Positions 39,982 through 53,334 are shown, numbered from the stretch's first letter. The stretch: 64,000 nucleotides of DNA from Bacteroidota bacterium (GCA_005772895.1 SXIH01000042.1:6042-70041); one strand, 5' to 3'. Program-made: numbers and translations. Notes: a model not told the origin generated them from the sequence alone.

Positions 39982-41061
39982 CTATGGAGTGGCAGGAGAT
40001 TTGAACTTTTTTGAATAAAAGCTGTTCAAATCCATACTTACTGAGAAATTATTGGATGGTCCGGCCAAATGGTAAACTGCACGACCATAACTTATGTGAA
40101 ATTTGTAGATTCTGAATCCAAATCCAAAAGAGAAACCTGCAGCACCTCGTTTTTCAGGAATTTTCAATTCTTTCCTTCTCTGATAATTATATCCGGCACG
40201 TAAAAAGAAGTTTTTTGTAATTATAAATTCTCCGCCAATAACCATGTGACGCATAAATTTATCACCCCATATTTTTCCTTTGTTTTGCTTAATGGGCTCT
40301 CCGGTTAATGGATCTTCGGTAAGCGGAGGATTAGCTGGATCAATATAAGTTAAATCCCATTTTTCCAGATTTTCATAAACCAGAGAAAAACGGAAAGGAA
40401 CATGCTTTGGTTTTTTAGAAATACCAATTTGAATTTCAAAAGGCAATTTTTCTCTGTTTCCTTCCACATAAGGTTTCCATTGACGCCCCATATTTTTAAC
40501 CACAACAGCTGCTGCAAATCCATGAGAAGGACGAACATAAGTTGCTCCTAAATCTATTGCGGAACCCCATGACGTATAAGATTCTAATTGAGAATAAATT
40601 GTTTTTAAAGTAACTCCAACGGTTAAATTAGTATCTAAAATAGATTTAGCATAAGCCAGATTAAAGCTCATCTCGCTAGCTCCGAAAGTTCCGTCTGTAT
40701 TTCCTACATCATCGGCCCTGATAAATTTTCCATAATCCAGATAATGAATTCCGGCACTGAAATTCCCGATATTATCAAAATGCTTTGCATAAGCTACGTA
40801 TCCGTAATTGATATCTGCAAAATAGTTGATATAACTCAAAGCAATATTATTGCTCATAGAATCAGAAAGGAGTGATGGATTAATTAAAGAAACATTAAGA
40901 TCATTATCTTTAACGGGAATTAAATTACCTCCCAAAGCAGAAACCCTGGCTGAAATAGGCAAATTCAGAAATTCATAGGTATTGTTTCCACCTGTTTGAG
41001 CGTTTGCTGAAACAGTTAAAATCAAAGCAAATAAAAGGAATTGTATTCTTCTTATGTTCAT
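39982..41061 (-). CDS. porQ: Type IX secretion system protein PorQ
   Basis: AQTGGNNTYEFLNLPISARVSALGG, GYNYQRRKEL; conserved lon-porQ-cmk order. Confidence 0.88.
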   Translation of the reverse strand: MNIRRIQFLLFALILTVSANAQTGGNNTYEFLNLPISARVSALGGNLIPVKDNDLNVSLINPSLLSDSMSNNIALSYINYFADINYGYVAYAKHFDNIGNFSAGIHYLDYGKFIRADDVGNTDGTFGASEMSFNLAYAKSILDTNLTVGVTLKTIYSQLESYTSWGSAIDLGATYVRPSHGFAAAVVVKNMGRQWKPYVEGNREKLPFEIQIGISKKPKHVPFRFSLVYENLEKWDLTYIDPANPPLTEDPLTGEPIKQNKGKIWGDKFMRHMVIGGEFIITKNFFLRAGYNYQRRKELKIPEKRGAAGFSFGFGFRIYKFHISYGRAVYHLAGPSNNFSVSMDLNSFYSKKFKSPATP

Positions 41062-41121
41062 TAACACAAATATAAATAAAAATATCCGTGTTTTAAACGA
41101 GAAAATGAGGGGTTTATTGCC

Positions 41122-43602
41122 TTACTTCTTCTTCTCTTCTTCCTTAATGGCCAAATCAATGGGATTATCCACTTTTTCCTTTAACAAAGCCAGTTTTACA
41201 ACATCAATCATCTTTTCTACATAATAGAATTTCAGGTCTTTGATATAATCTTTTTTAATGTCTTCTATATCCTTTTTATTATCCGCACTCAAAATAATTT
41301 CTTTGATACCTGCACGTTTTGCAGCCAATATTTTTTCTTTGATTCCTCCTACTGCCAAAACTCTTCCACGCAATGTGATTTCACCTGTCATGGCTAATTT
41401 GTTTTTTACTTTTCGTTGTGTGAAAGCAGATGCAATTGCTGTTAACATTGTAATTCCGGCACTCGGACCATCCTTAGGCGTTGCACCTTCCGGAACGTGA
41501 ATGTGGACATTCCATTTATCAAACACTTCCGGTTTTAAACCTAAAATAGCACTGTGAGATTTCAAATATTCCAAAGCAATTACAGCCGACTCTTTCATAA
41601 CTTCTCCCAAATTACCTGTCAGCGTTAATTTTCCGGTTCCTTTTGTTATACTAGTTTCAATAAATAAAATATCTCCTCCAACACTCGTCCACGCTAAACC
41701 TGTTACAACACCAGCTACATCATTTCCTTGGTATCTGTCTTTTGCATGTGCCGGTCCTAAAATTTTTCCTAAATCATTGATGGTAACATTCGCATTGTAT
41801 TTTTGATCCATTGCAATCGACTTAGCAGCATTACGTACTACTTTTGCAATTACTTTTTCCATTCCACGCACACCACTTTCGCGAGTATAATTTTCAATGA
41901 TGTATTCAATTACTTCTTTGTTTAATGTCAATTGATCCTTTTTCAAACCTTGTTCTTCCAACTGTTTCGGAATCAAATGGCGTTTTGCAATTTCCATTTT
42001 TTCTTCTATGGTGTATCCAGTAATTTCAATAATTTCCATCCTGTCGCGCAAAGCAGGCTGAATTGAACTCAATGAATTTGCCGTTGCGATAAACATTACG
42101 TTGGATAAATCGTAATCCAACTCTACATAATTATCGTAAAATGCATTGTTTTGTTCAGGATCTAAAACTTCTAACAATGCAGATGATGGATCGCCATGAA
42201 AATCGTTTCCTACTTTATCAATCTCATCTAAAATAAAAACTGGATTAGAAGAACCTGATTTTTTTATGTTTTGTAAAACTCGTCCCGGCATTGCACCAAT
42301 ATAGGTTTTACGGTGACCACGAATTTCTGCTTCATCTTTCAAACCACCCAAACTCATACGAATATATTTTCGTCCTAAACTCTCTGCAATACTTTTTCCT
42401 AATGATGTTTTACCAACTCCCGGAGGTCCGTACAAACACAAAATCGGAGATTTCATATTCCCTTTCAATTTCAAAACTGCCAAGTGTTCCAAAATACGCT
42501 CTTTCACTTTATCCATTCCGAAATGGTCTTTATTCAAAACTTTTTCAGCACGTTTTAAATCAAAATTATCTTGGGTTTTATCGCCCCATGGTAAATCTAG
42601 CAACACTTCCAAATAACTTGTCTGAATAGAATATTCTGCTGCATTCGGATTCATACGTTCAAGTTTACCGATAGCTTTATCAAATGCCTGAGAAACTTCT
42701 TTACTCCAGACTTTTTTAGTTGCCCGGATTTTCATTTCCTGAATATCCTGTGTATTGTTATTCTCACCCAACTCTTCCTGAATGGTCTTCATCTGCTGGT
42801 GCAAGAAATAATCGCGTTGCTGTTTATCCAAATCAACTTTTACTTTGGATTGAATTTGATTTTTCAATTCCAACATTTGAAGTTCTTTTGTAAGATTAGT
42901 CAAAACCATTGTAGCACGTTCTTTCAAATCAATCACTTCTAACATTTTTTGCTTCTCTTCCACAGGAGCATTCATGTTCGAAGAAATAAAATTGATTAAG
43001 AAAGAAGGACTTTCAATATTTTTTAAAGCGAAACCTGCTTCACTTGGGATATGCGGACTCTGTTTTACAATTTGAAGAGCTAAATCTTTTAAAGAAGAAA
43101 CCAAAGCATCGAATTCTTTATCATCATTTTTAGGTCGTGTTTCTGCTATTCCTGAAATAGAAGCTTTTATGTAAGGTTGCGACTGCTTTATTTCTCCAAG
43201 TGCAAAACGTTTTTTCCCCTGAATAATAACTGTTGTATTACCATCGGGCATACGAAGCATTTTTATTATTTGAGCTACTGTTCCAATTTTATTCAAATCT
43301 TCAACAGTTGGGTCTTCAACAGAATCGTTTTTTTGAGCAACTACACCAATAATTTTATCGCCTTTGTAAGCATCTTTAATTAAATTGATAGATTTATCTC
43401 TGCCAACAGTAATTGGGATAACAACACCAGGGAATAAAACAGTGTTCCGAAGAGGTAAAATTGACAGCTCTTCAGGCACTTTTTCGGAGTTCATCTGGTC
43501 TTCATCCTCCGATGAGAGCAATGGTATAAACTCAGTATCCTCGTCCATCAGATTGTCACGAAGCATTGGTACCAAGCCATTCAAGTCGAAATTATCAGTC
43601 AT
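41122..43602 (-). CDS. lon: Endopeptidase La
   Basis: [40 protein letters not shown]. Confidence 0.98.
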   Translation of the reverse strand: MTDNFDLNGLVPMLRDNLMDEDTEFIPLLSSEDEDQMNSEKVPEELSILPLRNTVLFPGVVIPITVGRDKSINLIKDAYKGDKIIGVVAQKNDSVEDPTVEDLNKIGTVAQIIKMLRMPDGNTTVIIQGKKRFALGEIKQSQPYIKASISGIAETRPKNDDKEFDALVSSLKDLALQIVKQSPHIPSEAGFALKNIESPSFLINFISSNMNAPVEEKQKMLEVIDLKERATMVLTNLTKELQMLELKNQIQSKVKVDLDKQQRDYFLHQQMKTIQEELGENNNTQDIQEMKIRATKKVWSKEVSQAFDKAIGKLERMNPNAAEYSIQTSYLEVLLDLPWGDKTQDNFDLKRAEKVLNKDHFGMDKVKERILEHLAVLKLKGNMKSPILCLYGPPGVGKTSLGKSIAESLGRKYIRMSLGGLKDEAEIRGHRKTYIGAMPGRVLQNIKKSGSSNPVFILDEIDKVGNDFHGDPSSALLEVLDPEQNNAFYDNYVELDYDLSNVMFIATANSLSSIQPALRDRMEIIEITGYTIEEKMEIAKRHLIPKQLEEQGLKKDQLTLNKEVIEYIIENYTRESGVRGMEKVIAKVVRNAAKSIAMDQKYNANVTINDLGKILGPAHAKDRYQGNDVAGVVTGLAWTSVGGDILFIETSITKGTGKLTLTGNLGEVMKESAVIALEYLKSHSAILGLKPEVFDKWNVHIHVPEGATPKDGPSAGITMLTAIASAFTQRKVKNKLAMTGEITLRGRVLAVGGIKEKILAAKRAGIKEIILSADNKKDIEDIKKDYIKDLKFYYVEKMIDVVKLALLKEKVDNPIDLAIKEEEKKK

Positions 43603-43649
43603 ATTATGAGTAAATTAAGTCTTTTTATTAAAATTACACCCTATAATTT

Positions 43650-43689
43650 TCAATTGCTGTGCCATTGGGGGAATTGGGACAAAATGACA
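43650..43689 (-). promoter_or_regulatory. Sigma54-like -24/-12 promoter with upstream TGTCA motif in front of lon
   Basis: Minus strand reads TGTCATTTTGTCC...TGGCAC-AGCAA-TTGA. Confidence 0.5.
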
Positions 43690-43693
43690 TCAT

Positions 43694-43724
43694 CGAATTA
43701 CTAATTTTTACGAAAAATACGAAT
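43694..43724 (+). repeat. Dispersed ACGAAT-unit micro-repeat
   Basis: cgaattactaatttttacgaaaaatacgaat; inverted near-copy at 52390-52419. Confidence 0.6.
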
Positions 43725-43740
43725 TACCAAATTGGCGCAT

Positions 43741-43977
43741 TTACACAGTTTTATTCGCTTTGAGCAAGTAATAGATGTTAATCCCAACAATAGCAACATT
43801 GGTTATGATTATTGGAAGCGAAAAGTCTAATAATACCCCATAAGCTACAAATAAAGTACAGCCAATACAATTTATTATTCTAAGAGTTTTAATTTCTTTC
43901 ATAATGAAGGATATTAAAACTACTGCTGATGCAATGTAGCCGATAATGTCAGTAAAATTAAATGAGATGACTTCCAT
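43741..43977 (-). CDS. Small YgjV-like inner membrane protein
   Basis: IGYIAS..ISF.MK.IKTLRIIN.IGC.LFVAYG. Confidence 0.8.
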   Translation of the reverse strand: MEVISFNFTDIIGYIASAVVLISFIMKEIKTLRIINCIGCTLFVAYGVLLDFSLPIIITNVAIVGINIYYLLKANKTV

Positions 43978-43981
43978 GCAA

Positions 43982-45166
43982 TTACTTTCTATACTTTTCA
44001 GTCAACTCAAACACCTGTGTTAAAATATTTTGTTCGGTTTCATTAAAAACTATTCCTCTGCGTTCCATCACACGTGTTGCAACTTCAAAAGCGTCTTTTG
44101 TTTTGTAGGTAGTAAATCCGGCTGCACCACCCCATGAAAAAGAAGGAACAAAATTGCGTGGAAATCCTGAACCGAAAATATTTGCATTTACACCAACCAC
44201 AGTTCCTGTATTGAACATAGTATTGATTCCACATTTACTGTGATCTCCCATAATTAATCCACAAAAAGTTAAACCGGTATTTACAAAACGTTCCTTTTCA
44301 TAGTTCCACAATTTTACTTCTGCATAATTGTTTTTCAGATTCGAATTATTGCTATCAGCGCCAATATTGCACCATTCACCTAAAACGGAATTTCCTAAAA
44401 ATCCATCGTGACCTTTGTTTGAATATCCGAATATGACAGAATTATTTACCTCTCCTCCTACTTTGCTATGTGGTCCTACTGTAGTTGGTCCGTATATTTT
44501 TGCTCCTAACTTCAATGCTGAATGTTCGCACAATGCAAATGGTCCGCGTACAATCGAACCTTCCATTATTTCAGCATCTTTTCCAATATAAATATAACCG
44601 GTAGATGCGTTCAGAATTGCACACTCAACTTTTGCTCCTTCTTCCACAAAAATATTCTCTACCCCAATTACCTGATTAGTTTTGCTTAAGGCTAATGATT
44701 TTCTTCCTTTTGTGATCAATTCAAAATCATCTTTTATTGCATCTCCATTTTTAGAAAAAATATCCCAAGGATTTTCAACTCGCATTGCTAATGCAGCAGA
44801 TTCAAAATTAGTATAGTCTGAAATATTTTTATAATCAAACGTTTTATCATTACCTGTATTTACAGCTACAACTACTGCTGAGCTTAATAGTACTTGCTTA
44901 GGTTGTAAAGACTTTACTTCTTCTAACAATTTAGCATTCGGACAAAATGAACCATTTATCCAAACATTATCAGTATCTATTGCAAATTCGGTTGGATATT
45001 TTTTGCTTAAATATTCTTCCGTTTGAAAAGAAACTTTTGCATCCAATACTTTTTCCCATTTTTCGCGAATGGTTAAAATCCCAATACGGATTTCAGCAAC
45101 CGGACGTGTAAACGTAAGCGGAAGCAAGTTAATCCGTGATTTATCGTCAAATAGTATGTAATTCAT
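43982..45166 (-). CDS. GlmU-family putative sugar nucleotidyltransferase (Bacteroidota type)
   Basis: LLPLTFTRPVAEIRIGILTIREKW; hexapeptide region; SNKGHDGFLGNS. Confidence 0.9.
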   Translation of the reverse strand: MNYILFDDKSRINLLPLTFTRPVAEIRIGILTIREKWEKVLDAKVSFQTEEYLSKKYPTEFAIDTDNVWINGSFCPNAKLLEEVKSLQPKQVLLSSAVVVAVNTGNDKTFDYKNISDYTNFESAALAMRVENPWDIFSKNGDAIKDDFELITKGRKSLALSKTNQVIGVENIFVEEGAKVECAILNASTGYIYIGKDAEIMEGSIVRGPFALCEHSALKLGAKIYGPTTVGPHSKVGGEVNNSVIFGYSNKGHDGFLGNSVLGEWCNIGADSNNSNLKNNYAEVKLWNYEKERFVNTGLTFCGLIMGDHSKCGINTMFNTGTVVGVNANIFGSGFPRNFVPSFSWGGAAGFTTYKTKDAFEVATRVMERRGIVFNETEQNILTQVFELTEKYRK

Positions 45167-45169
45167 TTT

Positions 45170-45742
45170 TTAACTATTAGCAGGTGTTTCAACCTTGTTT
45201 AACATGGTAATATACGTATCAATTTGTCGTAAAAAATATTTTACAGTTTTTGTTCCATCCGCATCAATCATCATATCATGAATTTCTATATCATTTTCAT
45301 TAAACTTTCCAACTTTAAATTTTGCTTTTGATAATGCTGAAATATATTTCAAAGGAAAATGGTCATGTATATTCAAATCGATTAACAAATCAAACTCTTC
45401 ATTAATAAAATTACGGATAATTACGGAGTTGGGCGTTCCCATCCAGTTCAATTCTTTTGTTGAAAAAAAATCGTATTCCAATTTTGAATAGGTTAATGCC
45501 GGAATTTCTTTTGTACTAAAGAAACCCATTACTTTTACTTTTTTCAAATGTTCGCGTAAATAGACAACATATCGCTTTACAATTTCATAATCTTCTGCAT
45601 TTGTAGCGTCAAAAACAATTCCAACAGTTTTTATTTTTTCGAAATTAAATTGGTTAGGTTCACGATTATAAGCATTGGATTTTAACTCCTGCTTGAGAGC
45701 ACGATTTGCTAAAGATATTTTTATGTTTTTAAAGATGCTCAT
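45170..45742 (-). CDS. Conserved hypothetical protein (DUF6913-like)
   Basis: KELNWMG.P..FINEEFDLLIDL..SKAKFKVG. Confidence 0.7.
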   Translation of the reverse strand: MSIFKNIKISLANRALKQELKSNAYNREPNQFNFEKIKTVGIVFDATNAEDYEIVKRYVVYLREHLKKVKVMGFFSTKEIPALTYSKLEYDFFSTKELNWMGTPNSVIIRNFINEEFDLLIDLNIHDHFPLKYISALSKAKFKVGKFNENDIEIHDMMIDADGTKTVKYFLRQIDTYITMLNKVETPANS

Positions 45743-45744
45743 CT

Positions 45745-45780
45745 AAATCCCCCTAGCCCCCTTTTACAAAGGGGGAATTT
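45745..45780. repeat. GC-rich palindromic element (CCCCCTAGCCCCCTTT..AAAGGGGG)
   Basis: Hairpin CCCCCTTT-tac-AAAGGGGG with an extra CCCCC arm in AT-rich DNA; single copy in window. Confidence 0.55.
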
Positions 45781-45843
45781 GTTCTAACAATAATTATTCT
45801 AGCGACCTTGTCTACTTTTTATTTTTTGTCTATTGTCTACTGT

Positions 45844-48689
<2,846 letters not shown>

Positions 48690-48700
48690 ACAATTTATAC

Positions 48701-49564
48701 TTAAATATTACCACGCAATATACGATAATTATTGCTTAAATCCTTTATCAATTCTACATTTTTAAAGCCCTTATTTTCAAGCAGATTCTTTGTTTCGGAG
48801 CTAAGCGACTGGTTTATTTCAAAATAAATTTTACCATTTTTATTTAAATTTTTAAGAGCGAAATCACATATCACTTTATAAAACAGCAATGGATCTTTAT
48901 CTTCAACAAAAAGTGCTAAATGAGGCTCATACTCCAAAACATTTTTATTCATGCTATTTTTTTCTGAAACACATATGTAGGGAGGATTGCTAACGATAAT
49001 GTCAGATGTCAGATGTTGGATGTCAGATGTCGGATGTAAGATATCATTCAGTAGAAAATTAATCACCACTCCATTGTTTTTTGCGTTTTGTTTTGCAACT
49101 TCTAATGCTTCTTCCGAAATATCTATCGCTGTTACATTTGCTTTCGAAATATTTTTTTTAAGGGCAATTGGAATGCATCCACTACCTGTTCCAATGTCAA
49201 GTATTGAAGGTGATTGCAATTTATTATCATGAATTATTAAATCTACTAGTTCTTCGGTTTCGGAGCGGGGAATTAATACAGATTCGTTTACCTTAAATTT
49301 CAATTTATAAAAATCTGCTTCACCTAAAATGTATTGAATGGGCTTATGCTTTTTTAATTCTTTTATTGCAAAATTAAATTTGAGTAATTCCGATTCAGAA
49401 ATTGTATTTTCTGATTTTAACACAAACTCAGCTTTGTTCAGATTCAAATAAAATTCAAAGCAATAAGCAATAATAGTTTCTAGTTCATCACTTTCGTAAG
49501 AATCTTTCAACTCTTCACGAAAAAACCTTAAAATGTCTTTGATTTTGTTTGATGCAATTTTCAT
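48701..49564 (-). CDS. prmC: Release factor glutamine methyltransferase
   Basis: PIQYILG, VLIPR.ETEEL, LDIGTGSGCI, SNPPY, EPHLALF. Confidence 0.96.
   Translation of the reverse strand: MKIASNKIKDILRFFREELKDSYESDELETIIAYCFEFYLNLNKAEFVLKSENTISESELLKFNFAIKELKKHKPIQYILGEADFYKLKFKVNESVLIPRSETEELVDLIIHDNKLQSPSILDIGTGSGCIPIALKKNISKANVTAIDISEEALEVAKQNAKNNGVVINFLLNDILHPTSDIQHLTSDIIVSNPPYICVSEKNSMNKNVLEYEPHLALFVEDKDPLLFYKVICDFALKNLNKNGKIYFEINQSLSSETKNLLENKGFKNVELIKDLSNNYRILRGNI
48999..49040. repeat. Heptamer tandem repeat (6 x ATGTCAG-like) inside prmC
   Basis: atgtcag atgtcag atgttgg atgtcag atgtcgg atgtaag. Confidence 0.8.
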
Positions 49565-49606
49565 ACCTTAGCAAAGGTAAGAATAGTTAATACACCTGAT
49601 TCAAAA

Positions 49607-50647
49607 ATGAGCAATAACGAAACATATATGAAACGCTGCCTCGATTTGGCAGTAAAAGGTTTAGGACAAGTTGCTCCCAACCCAATGGTTGGCTGTGTGA
49701 TAGTTTGTGACGGAGAAATTATTGGCGAAGGCTATCATGAGCAATACGGACAGGCACACGCTGAAGTAAATGCAATTAATGCCGTAAAAGATAAAGCTTT
49801 ATTAAAAAAATCTACTCTCTATGTTAATTTAGAACCTTGTTCCCATTTTGGAAAAACTCCTCCCTGTGCTGATTTGATAGTAGAGCATAAAATTCCTTAT
49901 GTAGTAATTGGAAGTGTTGATACTAATTCTTTGGTTTCAGGAAAAGGAATAGAAAAATTAGCAAAAGCCGGAATAGATGTAAAAATAGGCGTTTTAGAAA
50001 ATGATTGTAAAAAGTTAAACAAACGTTTTTTCACATATCACGAGAATAAACGTCCCTATATTATTTTGAAATGGGCTCAAACTGCTGATGGATTTATAGA
50101 TGCAAAAAGAAACGAAGAGAACACCTCAAAGCCAATTCAAATCAGTAATTCAGATTCCAAAAAATTATTGCATTTATGGCGCAGTCAGGAACAAGCTATT
50201 ATCATTGGTACAAATACCGCTCTGTTAGATAATCCACAGTTAACCGTAAGAGAAGTGAAAGGTAAAAACCCTTTAAGGATTACAATAGATAAGTGGTTGC
50301 GGATTCCAAAACAATTTAACCTTTTTGATAAGTCAACTCCCACTCTCATTTTCACTTCTATGAATGAGCCTGCACAAACTAATTTAGAGTTTGTAAAAAT
50401 TGATTTTGAGAAGCCAATCATCCCACAAGTTTTAGATGAATTATATAAACGTAATATTCATTCTTTAATGGTAGAAGGTGGAGAATTGTTACTTAAGAGT
50501 TTTATTGATGAAGGATATTGGGATTCGGCAAGAGTATTTATATCCGATAAAGAATTAGGAAAAGGTGTTGCTGCTCCGGTATTGAATCAAAAACCGGTGA
50601 TAAAAGAAAATATAAGCGGGGATAAATTGCTTTTTTATGTAAAGTAA
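49607..50647 (+). CDS. ribD: Riboflavin biosynthesis deaminase/reductase
   Basis: PNPMVGCV, HAEVNA, LEPCSHFGKTPPC, KWAQTADG, VEGG. Confidence 0.97.
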   Translation: MSNNETYMKRCLDLAVKGLGQVAPNPMVGCVIVCDGEIIGEGYHEQYGQAHAEVNAINAVKDKALLKKSTLYVNLEPCSHFGKTPPCADLIVEHKIPYVVIGSVDTNSLVSGKGIEKLAKAGIDVKIGVLENDCKKLNKRFFTYHENKRPYIILKWAQTADGFIDAKRNEENTSKPIQISNSDSKKLLHLWRSQEQAIIIGTNTALLDNPQLTVREVKGKNPLRITIDKWLRIPKQFNLFDKSTPTLIFTSMNEPAQTNLEFVKIDFEKPIIPQVLDELYKRNIHSLMVEGGELLLKSFIDEGYWDSARVFISDKELGKGVAAPVLNQKPVIKENISGDKLLFYVK

Positions 50648-50649
50648 TT

Positions 50650-51096
50650 TTAAGTTGCATTCAACTTGAAGTACAAATCCACAGCTGTACCTTTTTCAGA
50701 AAAGAAAGTTAGGTTTGCCAAATTTTTCATAAAATAAAGGCCTCTGCCATATGGCTTTTTTTCGTTTGTTTCTGCAATTGATTCAGGCATACTTTCAAAA
50801 TCAAAACCATTCCCTTCATCTTTTATCGTAAAACAAATCCAATCGTTTTGTTTGACTTGAATAAACAGATAGACTTTTTTTTCCTTATCAAATTTGTTTC
50901 CATGAATAATGGCGTTGGAAATTGCCTCAATTACCGATATACATATATTGCAATAAATTGGGCTGGGAAGGCTTATTTGTTTTTTGATTTTTTTCAGCAG
51001 CGTTTCTAATGCATAAACGCTGTTAAAATTTGATTGAAAAGCAAATGCCTGAACAGAATTTTTATTGGGATAAAATATGTTTGCAGTCTCCTTCAT
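50650..51096 (-). CDS. RsbW/SpoIIAB-like ATP-binding protein (HATPase_c_2)
   Basis: EAISNAIIHGN, DEGNGFD, GRGLYFM. Confidence 0.85.
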   Translation of the reverse strand: MKETANIFYPNKNSVQAFAFQSNFNSVYALETLLKKIKKQISLPSPIYCNICISVIEAISNAIIHGNKFDKEKKVYLFIQVKQNDWICFTIKDEGNGFDFESMPESIAETNEKKPYGRGLYFMKNLANLTFFSEKGTAVDLYFKLNAT

Positions 51097-51249
51097 CAGA
51101 TTTTCCTTTTTATAGTATTTTACTATTAAAAGAAAAAACAGATACGATAAAAAAAAGAGGAAATGCTAAACTCAAAAACCACATTTAATCACAACATATT
51201 GATTTTGAGTATATTGCAACAAAAAAGATGCTAATTCAAAAAGCCAATG

Positions 51250-51687
51250 TTAATTTTTATAAAGATCGAAACCTATTTCAAGGCAGGTTCCGTTTTCAGA
51301 ATACTCTACTATGTCGGCTAATTTGTTAATCAAGAATACTCCCCGTCCATTAGGTTCACCAATGCGTTCAGGACTGGTAGGATCGGGAACAGCTGTAAAA
51401 TCAAAACCTTCGCCTTCATCTCTTATTGTAAAACACAAATAGCGCTCTTCTTTAGTCTCAACTTTTAAGCGAACCTTTTTAGAGGGATTAAATTTGTTTC
51501 CATGTTTAATGGCATTAGAAACGGCTTCATTAAGAACAATCCAGATATAATTATAATTCTCTTCCGAAATGGCATACTCATCTCTAACCCTTGAGATAAG
51601 TTTCTCAACAGTTAAAACGCTTTCTAAATTAGATTCTAAAACCATTTTTTGAGAAAGTGATTCAATATCAATGTAACCGAGTAGCAT
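51250..51687 (-). CDS. RsbW/SpoIIAB-like ATP-binding protein (HATPase_c_2)
   Basis: EAVSNAIKHGN, DEGEGFD..PDPT, GRGVFLI. Confidence 0.88.
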   Translation of the reverse strand: MLLGYIDIESLSQKMVLESNLESVLTVEKLISRVRDEYAISEENYNYIWIVLNEAVSNAIKHGNKFNPSKKVRLKVETKEERYLCFTIRDEGEGFDFTAVPDPTSPERIGEPNGRGVFLINKLADIVEYSENGTCLEIGFDLYKN

Positions 51688-51774
51688 TTTATAAAATTTT
51701 AGCTAAAATATAATATTCCACAATAAAAACAAATATTTACAGGTCGAAATTACACCTTATCTTAGCAATCGGAA

Positions 51775-52389
51775 ATGCTATTTGAGGACACCTATTTAAC
51801 AATAAAAGAGCCATCACAAGGCCTCTACAAAGACAAAGGAAGTAAGTTTTCGAGCTATGCTTTTCCTGTGAACAACGAGAATGAAGTAAAGCAACGGTTA
51901 GCTGAAATAAAAAAGCTTCATCCTAGCGCTACGCACCATTGCTATGCTTTTCGGCTGGGTGCCGACAAACAATCATTCAGAGCCAATGATGACGGAGAAC
52001 CTTCCAATACAGCAGGAAAACCAATACTTGGACAAATTCAATCAAAGGATCTTACTAATATTTTAATAATAGTTGTCCGCTATTTTGGCGGAACACTTTT
52101 GGGAGTAAGTGGATTGATAAATGCATACAAACTTGCAGCAGCAGATGCCATAACAAATGCTTCAATAATTGAAAAAACGGTGAACGATGTTTATGAGATT
52201 CATTTCGATTATATTTTAATGAATAATGTAATGAGAATTATTAAGGAAGAAGAATTGCAAATACTATCACAAGAGTCTGAACTTAATTGTTTTATTACTT
52301 TTTCGGTAAGAAAAAACAACTCAATGAATGCATTTGACAAAATAAGTAGACTCGAAGGAGTAGAGATTAAATTTTCAAGAACAATATAG
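51775..52389 (+). CDS. yigZ: YigZ/IMPACT family protein
   Basis: KGSKF, ATHHCYA, DDGEPS.TAGKP, VVRYFGGTLLG. Confidence 0.92.
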   Translation: MLFEDTYLTIKEPSQGLYKDKGSKFSSYAFPVNNENEVKQRLAEIKKLHPSATHHCYAFRLGADKQSFRANDDGEPSNTAGKPILGQIQSKDLTNILIIVVRYFGGTLLGVSGLINAYKLAAADAITNASIIEKTVNDVYEIHFDYILMNNVMRIIKEEELQILSQESELNCFITFSVRKNNSMNAFDKISRLEGVEIKFSRTI

Positions 52390-52419
52390 ATTCGTATATT
52401 CGTAAAAATTCGTAATTCG
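52390..52419 (-). repeat. Dispersed ACGAAT-unit micro-repeat
   Basis: Reverse complement cgaattacgaatttttacgaatatacgaat matches 43694-43724. Confidence 0.6.
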
Positions 52420-52422
52420 TCT

Positions 52423-53334
52423 ATGAAGTTATTAAAAGAAATGTGCGCTATTCATGCGCCATCAGGAAATGAATCGGGAATGACAAAATTCCTTTTAAAA
52501 TACATTGAAAAAAACAAAAAGAATTGGAAAGTAAAACCAAAAATTTATTCTGGAGAAGGTTTTCAAGATTGCATTGTTTTAGTTTTCGGTAAACCAAGAA
52601 CAGCCATTTTTGCGCATCTTGACAGCATTGGTTTTACGGTCAGATACGGAAAACAATTAGTTAAAATTGGCGGTCCACGATTAATTGATGGCATTAACTT
52701 AGTTGGTGAAGACAGTAAAGGAAAAATTGATTGCAAATTAGCCGTTAACAAAGAAGGAAACATTTCTTATAAATTCAAAAGAGATATTAAAAGAGGAACA
52801 GAACTTACGTTCAATCCAAACTGGCGTGAAACAAAAGAATATGTTCAATGCTGCTATATGGATAATCGTTTGGGGGTTTGGAATGCTTTGCAAGTCGCTG
52901 AAACATTAAAAGATGGGGTGATTGTTTTTTCTTGCTATGAAGAGCATAATGGTGGAACTGTTTCATTTATCCAAAAATTTCTTTTCGAAAAATACAAAGT
53001 GAAACAAGCTTTAATTTCAGATATTACTTGGGTAACAGATGGAGTTCCACATGGCAAAGGAGTAGCAATTTCTTTACGTGATAGTTTAATTCCAAGAAGA
53101 AGCTATGTAAATAAAATTATTTCAATAGCTACAAAAACTAAAATTCCTTTTCAATTAGAAGTAGAAGGTTCCGGAGGCAGTGACGCTAAAGAACTACAAA
53201 TGGCTGAATATCCTTGGGATTGGTGTTTCATTGGAGCACCGGAAGACAATGTGCACACACCAGATGAGAAGGTTTATAAAAAAGACATTGATGCAATGGT
53301 TAAAATTTATAATGTTCTAATGAAAGAACTATGA
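52423..53334 (+). CDS. M42/M28-like metallo-aminopeptidase
   Basis: APSGNE, AHLDSIG, MDNRLG, EEH, GGSD, HTPDE. Confidence 0.85.
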   Translation: MKLLKEMCAIHAPSGNESGMTKFLLKYIEKNKKNWKVKPKIYSGEGFQDCIVLVFGKPRTAIFAHLDSIGFTVRYGKQLVKIGGPRLIDGINLVGEDSKGKIDCKLAVNKEGNISYKFKRDIKRGTELTFNPNWRETKEYVQCCYMDNRLGVWNALQVAETLKDGVIVFSCYEEHNGGTVSFIQKFLFEKYKVKQALISDITWVTDGVPHGKGVAISLRDSLIPRRSYVNKIISIATKTKIPFQLEVEGSGGSDAKELQMAEYPWDWCFIGAPEDNVHTPDEKVYKKDIDAMVKIYNVLMKEL

